Shown here: positions 55,823 through 64,000 of the stretch, one piece after another
Numbering within the stretch: the first letter of the stretch is position 1
How the letters are laid out: each line of letters opens with the position of its first letter
NCBI GenBank assembly: GCA_001600695.1
Contig: BCKQ01000005.1
Coordinates: forward strand, 556,093-620,092
Length of the DNA: 64,000 bases
Direction of reading: 5' to 3'
From: Ascoidea asiatica JCM 7603
Lineage: Eukaryota > Fungi > Ascomycota
Translations under genes and position numbers: made by a program
Notes under the pieces: generated by a model
What the model was told of the DNA's origin: nothing
Seen by the model: only the letters and a program-made list of their open reading frames with translations
The model's database searches: none

Positions 55823-58800
55823 ATAAGCTTTAAACAATAATGTTTAGCTTTTGCCTATATGAAAAAGCCTTGATGAAACAAGCATATAAATCTTTGGTTG
55901 GAGTTGGTTAAAAGATCTAATCAAAATATTAAAAGAAGTAATACAAACAAAAATAAAATACAAGTAAAAAATATAAAATTTGATCAGCAATTTTTGAATT
56001 ATACGGATAAAAATAAATTTTTACTAACAAACTTTGCTATAAGCCTATTTGAATATAGTGAGTAGTTTCTTTTACTTTTTTTTTCCGAGTCTATTATTTT
56101 TATTTTATGATTATTTTCAAAGTAACGAAGAATGAATATCTTTATATAAGAGAATTTGATAATATTCTTTTGAAAATCAGAAGACTTAAAAAAGCAGGTT
56201 AAAAAACTAAAATTTGGAACAGTTGTAAAAAAAAAATGACAGGTGAGGAATTTGTAGAAAAATAATTGATGATATAAAGTATAGCTTCATATCACAACAG
56301 TAAAAAATCATGTTAATTAGCTTCTAACTTCCCGAGCCTGATAAACAAAATACAAGCATACTAAAATGTTGAAAACCTTCAATGTAAAGTTGTATCTTAT
56401 GATTGTTTTTGTTTATTAGGCAACAAACTAAATTCTAATTCACTTCATATAAAAAATTAAAAAAATTACAAAAAAATAAGAATTCCATGGGCTCTTAGTT
56501 AGAAAAGAGAAACGGATACAAGTTAAGCTTATTGGGCTTTTAGAAGTACTGGAGAAGTGACTGATAGTATTTTGTTTTGATCATAAGTTATTACCTTTAG
56601 TAAGAGAGAGCACTTAGGTAAATTTTGTACCGTATTAAAGTATTATTACTTATACTACGACGGTACAATAACTCAATTTAAAATAAATTTGAGTTAAGAA
56701 TAATGGCTAAATTGGAAAATAAAGAAAAAGGAAAGTCAACACAATTTCTTACCTTTAAGATCATAAAGTTAAATTTTGAATATAATAATTGAGTAGCCTG
56801 CTTAGGTCTTAGAATTTGAATTCTATGAGGAATATTTAAGCATATAAATGTTATTTGAAAATTATGAATATCAAAGCACTGTAGTTAAAGATAAAAAAAA
56901 CTGTTCAACAATACTGTAGTATTGTATGTGAGTAGTAATATTCTAGACAAATTGAGGTTCTGAAAATTCTTTACAGGTAGATGAATTTGACTTGAAGAAT
57001 TATGAGATTCTAAAACTCTCAAAACCAATAAATTTTTGGTGGTGTTTAAAAGTGAACCATTATTTCACCTGAAGTATTAAGCTATCTAAAGCTCTATGGT
57101 TTGTGTTATTGAAAATATATTACCTCGCCTAAGAGAAGAATATATTAACTTACATTACTACACTACCGTACGTTAGCGGAATTATTTCTTAATGATTGAA
57201 CTTTATGATAATGGTAAAAGTGTTTTTATGTACTCTGAGGTAAGACCAAAAGTATAAATAAAAACAAACACATGTATGCGTCTTCCCGCTTTTTTTTCAA
57301 TCGGTATTTCCCAACAGCAGTTCAAAGAGAGCAGACAAGAAGTGAAATCTATGAAACATCGAAAATTGGTACTGAAATGAAACATTTCCGCTTATCGTCT
57401 AATTGAATTTTAAAATTTTGAAATGGATCAACTAACTTAAAGATTACAACTATCAATATTTTCCTCTCCTTACTGAGGTTGAAGAACAAAAAAACAAGTA
57501 AAATCCTCATTAACCAAAACAGCTTCCTTCCGTTGTTTTATACTATTTTTTTGAAATAGAGTCCTAAAAACATATCTGTTGGGTAAAGCATACCGCAATT
57601 TTAGTTTAAAATTACATCATGTGCAGGTACTTAAACAGTGTTAAAAACTGTGGGGTGTATGTGCCATGCTGTCTAAGCAAGGTGGTCATTAATAAATGTA
57701 CTTCTCTATGCGTTCTATATAGATAGTCAAAAATCGGTTCTATGAAATGTTTTTATTATAACAGTAATTGAAAAAATTTAAACGCTCTCAATTTCGATTT
57801 CAATTGCAGTTTTAAATTGTTTTTAATTTCCAGTAATAAGAACCGTGGGAAGTTTCAGCAAATAACCAAACTGAGTTTTTTCAGGTTATGAGAATCTTTG
57901 AATCTGGTTTTGTATGATTTTTCAAGGAGTAATGTTTTTGAAATTGGAACGAGTCAATCTTTGTTAAATAAATTAATCTCCCCGATAAGTATGAATAAAA
58001 ATATCTGTACTGTATATTACGATATTGTATTTTAAAAAATACTGCTGAGTATGATAATAGATAAAATAAGGTAAAATAACACTAAAAATATCTTGAAGAT
58101 AAATTGATGCTATTTTTTATTTCAATAGTTTTCAATAATGATTTAATTTAAAAGCTAAACAGTAGTGAGGAATATAAAAATATTTTACTCATTGAAAATT
58201 CAAAAAAACAAAAAAGAGTATAAAGTCTCTTACCAACTGGCAGGAGAAATTTTGATTTTTTGAATGTTATGGATGTTTAAGGTAACTCTAACTTAAGTTG
58301 GTGAAGTAATTAAAGTAGTTAGCTATTAATGGCCAAATTCAATTACATAAGTTTCTAAGATGGGAAATATAAGATAAATAAAGTAATTTTGTAGCATTTG
58401 TAAGATATTGCTAATTTGATTTTACTATAGCCGACGAGAATACTTCACCGTAACTTTATATTTAGTGAATGAATTTGAATATCAATTTTGAGCTCAATGA
58501 GAGATAGATAAAAGCAAATCTTATATTTGCACTCTAGTGGTAAATGAATCTTTAGTTAACGTTGAAAATTTAAATGATTTCAAGTAATTTATGTAAAAGT
58601 GTGATTGAAACTAAGAATAGATTCACCAACGTTGTTGAAATCAAATTTTTCTGAACAGTTTCCTAATTTAATTTATCCGCTGTGTCTATAAATAATTTTG
58701 AAACAAGTTGTGATCTTTAATCTCTTTATCAGTCTATTAGAATCTTTATCTTTCTTTATCTTTACTGTAATTGTAGTATAATAATTAACTTTGTTTATCT

Positions 58801-60465
58801 ATCCATATACAGTACAAAATTATCTTTGCGTACATATATATTTTAAGTCCAATAATCTCAATCAAAAGTTCATTGAACTTTTGGGAGGGTGCATATAGTA
58901 AATTTTATTAAAGAACGATGACGATTAAACAGTTATCTATGCATGTTCGTTTATTAGTTTAACGAACAATAAGAACTCAGAATTATTAGTGTAACAAAAA
59001 ACAAAATTGCATAAATAAGTGGGACACTGTATTAAAATTGGCATGACTGTATTTTACCCAAGTATGCTTGCCTAAAACAATCACATGGAAGCATCATTGC
59101 ACGCTTTTTCTATTACTTGATAACGTGAAGTGAGAGCAAAACAAAGCGATGGCTATTCAAAATCAACAGTACATGTGACTTAAAACACAGAAATGTTTTA
59201 AGTCACGCACATGTTTAATTAGGTAAGGTTATGATCAGCCAGTAATGCAATTACGCGATAAACTTCCTAATTTCTTATACTTTTATTATACTCTCTCTTA
59301 ATCAATATGATTTTTAACTTCTAAATTTCAAATTGCAAATTGTTCATAACAGCTAAATGTATACATAATTTTATGTTTAAAAAAAAAACTACTCGGGAAC
59401 AATATAATGTTTTAGGTTTTTAAACCAGTATTCATATTTTTCGCCTAAATAATTTAAGGTTTTTAGCTAAGGTATGCCCAGCATGAAAGCTGATGCTATG
59501 TTGATGTTTATTGAAGCACCAATTTTATGGATTTTTCAGGCAAATGAGCTGTTTATTATTGATTCGCAGTTTATAGCAATTTTTGGAAAATGAGTTAAAA
59601 AATAACGTTGATGAAGAAAAATAAAAAGTTTTAAATTAGTTTAGGTTTTGAACTTAATCTTTAAAACCTAACATTACATGTTTCCGCAAAAAACTAGCAT
59701 CAAGAATAGATCCGAAAATATGATATGGAGTAGTGTACGTAAAAGTCAATACAAAATTTACTTGCAACAATAATTTATTTCTTATTTATTCCTAATTTGC
59801 TAAAAAATTTGAGCAAAATTCATAAAATTCATAAAATCCAGAAAATTTACTCGAGCTGAAAATTTTTTTACATACATTTTGAGTTTTAAAGTAAAATTTG
59901 TGTAGGTTTCGTATGTTCACAAATCTCATATTACACAGTAAAGACTCGAGACTCGAGTCCATTATTTTTTTTGAATTGGTTGAGGAAATACAAATCAAAG
60001 GTTCATTAGCGTGATCTGTTACTAGTAGACCAGTAGTATTGTATTATAATAGTGAAGTATCGTAGTATTTATTCAATAATTTTATATTTTACCATAGATT
60101 TCTGGCAAAGTACAAATAAAAGTACAAATGAAGTGAATAAAGACTTTCATTTTGACTTTGGTTCAACTTGCTGAAAGTTAAATTAAATATTATTAATTAG
60201 TATCCAATTGCAAATTATCAATTGAATGTTCACCCACAAAAGCACTAAATATCTTATGTTTTCTAAAGAATTATTATTCTAGCCGAACCAATAAAAACCA
60301 TATTTTAATTACCTGGAATTTTAAAGAGGTATAAATTGACGAACAATATTGGTAGCTTCTGAGCCGATAAAGCTCCTGAGTTTTTTCAGTTAATTAAGTA
60401 ATTCTAAAAACAAAACCAATTTACAAATTCCTTTTTCCAACATTGAATTCAAGTTATTTGTAATT

Positions 60466-60517
60466 CATATTCATATTCATATTCATATTCATATTCATAT
60501 TCATATATTCATATTCA
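60466..60517 (+). repeat. (ATTCAT)n microsatellite
   Basis: About 8 ATTCAT units. Confidence 0.85.
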
Positions 60518-61569
60518 TGCTTAGCTTATTTATGTTTAGTTTCTTCACATTTACATTAAATGATATTCTCTGATGATTGTGGTTCTAAGTACAATATTGT
60601 AGCCATATTACACCTTGTACCTCACTGCACTCGAATGAGCCAATGATCGTTCTTTTAGGCTATATTATACCACATTACACTACGCTACTGTTAACACTAC
60701 TGATGCTTTAACTGTAATTTTACTTGAAAAAGCAAAATCAAAATCAAAACAAAATCCAAAAACAGAAAATGTTTTGAATTTATTATTTAAATTCTCTTTA
60801 CACCCTAAAAGTTCTTCTATTACTGTAGCTACTGTAGTAGTGTATCATATATTTTAGATCTTTTTTATAGGCTATCAACCAATATTAGTTTCGTATTTTT
60901 ATAGATCTAAGTATACGTATTACAAATAATTTAAAATTGCAATTCAAATCCAAATACAAATTTTGATTTCAGTCTCAAATATCTTGAGTCAATAATTCTC
61001 ATTATTATGCTTTCACTTTTTTATTTTTTCTTTATATAAAACTATCTTCATTTCCAATTGAAATTAAAAACTTTAAGACAGTCCTCTCTTTTTTTTTTCT
61101 TGTTTTTTTGTTTTTTGATTTTTGATTTTTGATTTTTTTTGATTCTCTTGATTTGTTTTTAACTTTCATCAAAACTTTTTTTTCAGACAGCCTTACTTTA
61201 CTTAAGTTAAACTACAATTTAAAGGGTTAATAGAATAGAACTTCAGACATTTCATTCAACATCTTTGGAATTTTACTTTCTTAAAAAAACTTATTTTAAT
61301 TGATTTAAAATACTACCAACATTAGTAAACCTTTTGAAAACTCTTATTTATCTTTAATTTCTTAAGCAATTTATATATATAGACAAATATATATTTGTTT
61401 ATCTATACTGCTATAAATAGTATATTCATTATATCTTAGATCTGTCCCTAAAATTATAATTATAAATATATATATATATATATATATATAAATATACTAA
61501 TAATTTCCTTAAACCTATTTCACAATTTAACAATCAAAAGAAAAAAAAAATAAGCTTGATTTCTCCATT

Positions 61570-64000
61570 ATGTCTAACTATTTAAACAGGAAATCTGAAC
61601 AAATGGCTTTACAAACTTCATTACAGGAAAATTTAGACAATTTAAATAAAAAAAATGATTATATAACTCCAACTTCAACTCCAACTGATTCCTCAAAAGA
61701 TATAATCACTTTTCCTCAAAATAAGCTAAATTCTATTCAATATCCAAGACAATTGCCAACACCTTCTGCCGAAGAACTAAAATCTGCAAATCTGAATATT
61801 GATTCTCATAATTCATTCATTAAAGTTTCTTCTAATTCTTCTTCTCAAGGAACTTTGCAAATTCAACAGCAACAGCAACAACAAAATCAAGAAAATTTTC
61901 AAAATTTAGATACTTGTTATGTTTATCAATCTCAAGGATCTTCAAATAATAGGAAAAATTCTCAAAATTCAATAAGTCCAACATTTTTTTCCTCAATATC
62001 AAATGATTCAAATATTTCAAATATTTCAAATAATCGAAATTTTAGAGGTAATAAAACCTTAAATAAAAGCTCAAATCTAAAACTGGTTCAAAATCGAAAT
62101 CAATTTTCAAATTCACGTTTAAATAATAACAATAATAATAACAATAATAATAGCAATAATAGTAATAATAGTGATAATATTAATAATTTTAACAATAACA
62201 ATAATAGTAATAGTAACAACTTCAATTCAAATTCAAATTCCGTTTCCAATGGTAGAATTTCAAAACCTTCTCCAACAAATTCTTCATTAAATTCAAATGG
62301 TGCAAAAACTTTCATAAACAATAAATATAGAGCAAATACTTTAGAATCTTTAGTACCTATTCAAACAGCAAACAATGTAAACAAAATCAGAAATAATGCA
62401 AATAATATAAATATTAATAATAATAATGGAAATGGTAATAGTGGTAATAATGGTAATAATTGTAATATCAATAATACTTTGGATAATATGCAAAATATCA
62501 ATACTATCACAAATGGAAACAATAATGTCAACACTAATATCAATAATTTAGTCAATTTGAATTATATAGGCAGAATGAATAATGATAATAACAATGTGAG
62601 TGAAAACAAAGGAGGTTCTTTAACTAATGTATCGAATATTTTACCAAATCAAAATCAGCAATTATTTCCTCAAAATTGGACAATTCAAAATACAGTTTCT
62701 TCAAATAGATGGCTGCAACAACAGCAACAACAACAACAACAACAGCTGCAACAACAACAGTTTCAACAGTTTTCAAATGATTTTGGCTTTCAAAATAAGC
62801 ATATGTATACTAATTCCACTGGTTTCGTTACAGTTACTGGAAATAATAGACTAACAAGGCATAGTTATCCAAGTTTCATACCACGCAATCAGTCTAATCA
62901 ATCAGTTATTGTTCCAAGATTAGTTAGGACTTTAAATTTGCCAGTTGTTAAATATGGTAGTCCAGAAGATGTTCAAAGATATCCAAGAGTCCAATTGCAT
63001 ATTGCTGGTAATCTATCAGCAATGGAAAAAAATTGGACACCTGAAGAAGTAAAAGCTCAAAGAAGACTCGTTAAATTTGATTCTCAATTAAATGGTATTG
63101 AATTAACTGTTTCTTTTAAACCAATTACGTATAGTGAATATAAACCAAGAACTCCAGTGATTTCTTGTATTCACTGGAAAGATTCAAATAAGTATTATGT
63201 AACTTCGGTTGATTGTATTTCTGTTTTAGAGTATATTGTTAAATCAAAATTTGCTGTTGAAGAAAAAAATAGAATTAGAAGAAATTTACAAGGTTTGAAA
63301 CCTTTAACAATTCAAAGAGCAGCACCAAGTTATAGTGATTTCTTCAGTCAGATAATGGATTATCCAGCTCCAAGACCAAGAAATATTGAAAAAGATATAA
63401 AAGTTTTTCATTGGAATTCATTAAGTGATGCTTTAGGTAAAGTATTAAGTAAATATTGTTGCGACTTTGAAAATGGTGATCAGGTAGGTGGTTATGAATT
63501 GAATAATTTTAATAATTATAATAATATAGGTAATTTTAACAATGGAAACTATTATCCAGTGCCTACTTATAATCCCAATTATATTCCATCATTTGTATCA
63601 GTTCAACAACCTAATCCATTTCAACCCCAAAATATTTCAATTTTAAATCAAACTCAAAATCAACCACAATCAATAATTGGTAATGAAAACTCAACTCAAA
63701 ATCAATTACCGATGCAATCTCAACCTCAATCACAATCTCAAATATCAACCTTGGCACAAGGTCAAGGCCAAACTCAATTACAATCACAGGTTCAAAATCA
63801 ATATAATCAAAATTGGTCACAACAAAATCAATCACAAGCCCAGATACCTTCAAATTCCAACTTTAACTCTAATCAGATAAATTCTCAAAATCCTATTGTT
63901 CGAGCTAATTCCCAACCAAATTCCCATATACAGTCACCAAATCAAACTCAGCAGCAGCAGCAGCAACAGCAATTGAACCAACGCCAACAACAAAACAATC
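61570..64000 (+). CDS. medA: MedA/Medusa-family (DUF7082-type) developmental regulator with N/Q-rich regions; 3' truncated
   Basis: Open frame from ATG 61570 to the window end. The domain at ~62990-63455 reads LHIAGNLSAMEKNWTPEEVKAQRRLVKF...VISCIHW...YVTSVDCISVLEYIV...EEKNRIRRNLQGLKPLTI...FFSQIMDYPAPRPRNIEKDIKVFHW..L..AL.KVLSKY. Confidence 0.88.
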   Translation, partial: MSNYLNRKSEQMALQTSLQENLDNLNKKNDYITPTSTPTDSSKDIITFPQNKLNSIQYPRQLPTPSAEELKSANLNIDSHNSFIKVSSNSSSQGTLQIQQQQQQQNQENFQNLDTCYVYQSQGSSNNRKNSQNSISPTFFSSISNDSNISNISNNRNFRGNKTLNKSSNLKLVQNRNQFSNSRLNNNNNNNNNNSNNSNNSDNINNFNNNNNSNSNNFNSNSNSVSNGRISKPSPTNSSLNSNGAKTFINNKYRANTLESLVPIQTANNVNKIRNNANNININNNNGNGNSGNNGNNCNINNTLDNMQNINTITNGNNNVNTNINNLVNLNYIGRMNNDNNNVSENKGGSLTNVSNILPNQNQQLFPQNWTIQNTVSSNRWLQQQQQQQQQQLQQQQFQQFSNDFGFQNKHMYTNSTGFVTVTGNNRLTRHSYPSFIPRNQSNQSVIVPRLVRTLNLPVVKYGSPEDVQRYPRVQLHIAGNLSAMEKNWTPEEVKAQRRLVKFDSQLNGIELTVSFKPITYSEYKPRTPVISCIHWKDSNKYYVTSVDCISVLEYIVKSKFAVEEKNRIRRNLQGLKPLTIQRAAPSYSDFFSQIMDYPAPRPRNIEKDIKVFHWNSLSDALGKVLSKYCCDFENGDQVGGYELNNFNNYNNIGNFNNGNYYPVPTYNPNYIPSFVSVQQPNPFQPQNISILNQTQNQPQSIIGNENSTQNQLPMQSQPQSQSQISTLAQGQGQTQLQSQVQNQYNQNWSQQNQSQAQIPSNSNFNSNQINSQNPIVRANSQPNSHIQSPNQTQQQQQQQQLNQRQQQNN

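Noticed and set aside
57031-59586. Sm-site-like AATTTTTGG (57031, 59578) suggesting snRNA or telomerase RNA
   Set aside because: Expected by chance in AT-rich DNA; no snRNA features or template region recognised.
60570-60703. C/D-box snoRNA-like TGATGA...CTGA
   Set aside because: No terminal stem and no recognisable rRNA antisense guide; such boxes are common by chance.
641-63880. Numerous 60-150 aa antisense or alternate-frame ORFs rich in L/F/I
   Set aside because: Shadows of Asn/Lys-rich genes or of A/T-tract UTRs; no independent coding evidence.

Overview
AT-rich eukaryotic DNA from a budding yeast (Saccharomycotina). The extreme AT/Asn richness, sparse short introns and scarce CTG codons suggest an Ascoidea/Saccharomycopsis-like lineage, but this is inference only. 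About 20 protein genes, mostly conserved yeast genes in partly ancestral order: IRE1 (5' truncated), LRP1, a probably dual-targeted ArgRS, ERD1, head-to-head DUS4/DUS3, YET3, seipin SEI1, DUR1,2, AHK1-like DUF1765, UBP16, copper amine oxidase, GID11-like WD40, SMD3 (intron), CDC37, TAF10, PEP3, MIX23, SRO7/77 (intron), and a MedA/Medusa-family regulator that runs off the right edge and is missing from the ORF track. Most notable: (1) a tandem, highly diverged second seipin with a ~560-aa disordered C-terminal tail; (2) a 311-bp element with perfect 40-bp terminal inverted repeats and three CACGTG motifs between two convergent genes; (3) recurring GC-rich intergenic islands flanked by coding DNA with almost no G/C at synonymous positions; (4) unusual intron architectures in SMD3 and SRO7; (5) a 5.7-kb gene-free region with hairpins upstream of medA. 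No rRNA, tRNA, CRISPR or transposase-coding sequence was recognised. All gene calls come from recognising motifs by eye; no searches were run.
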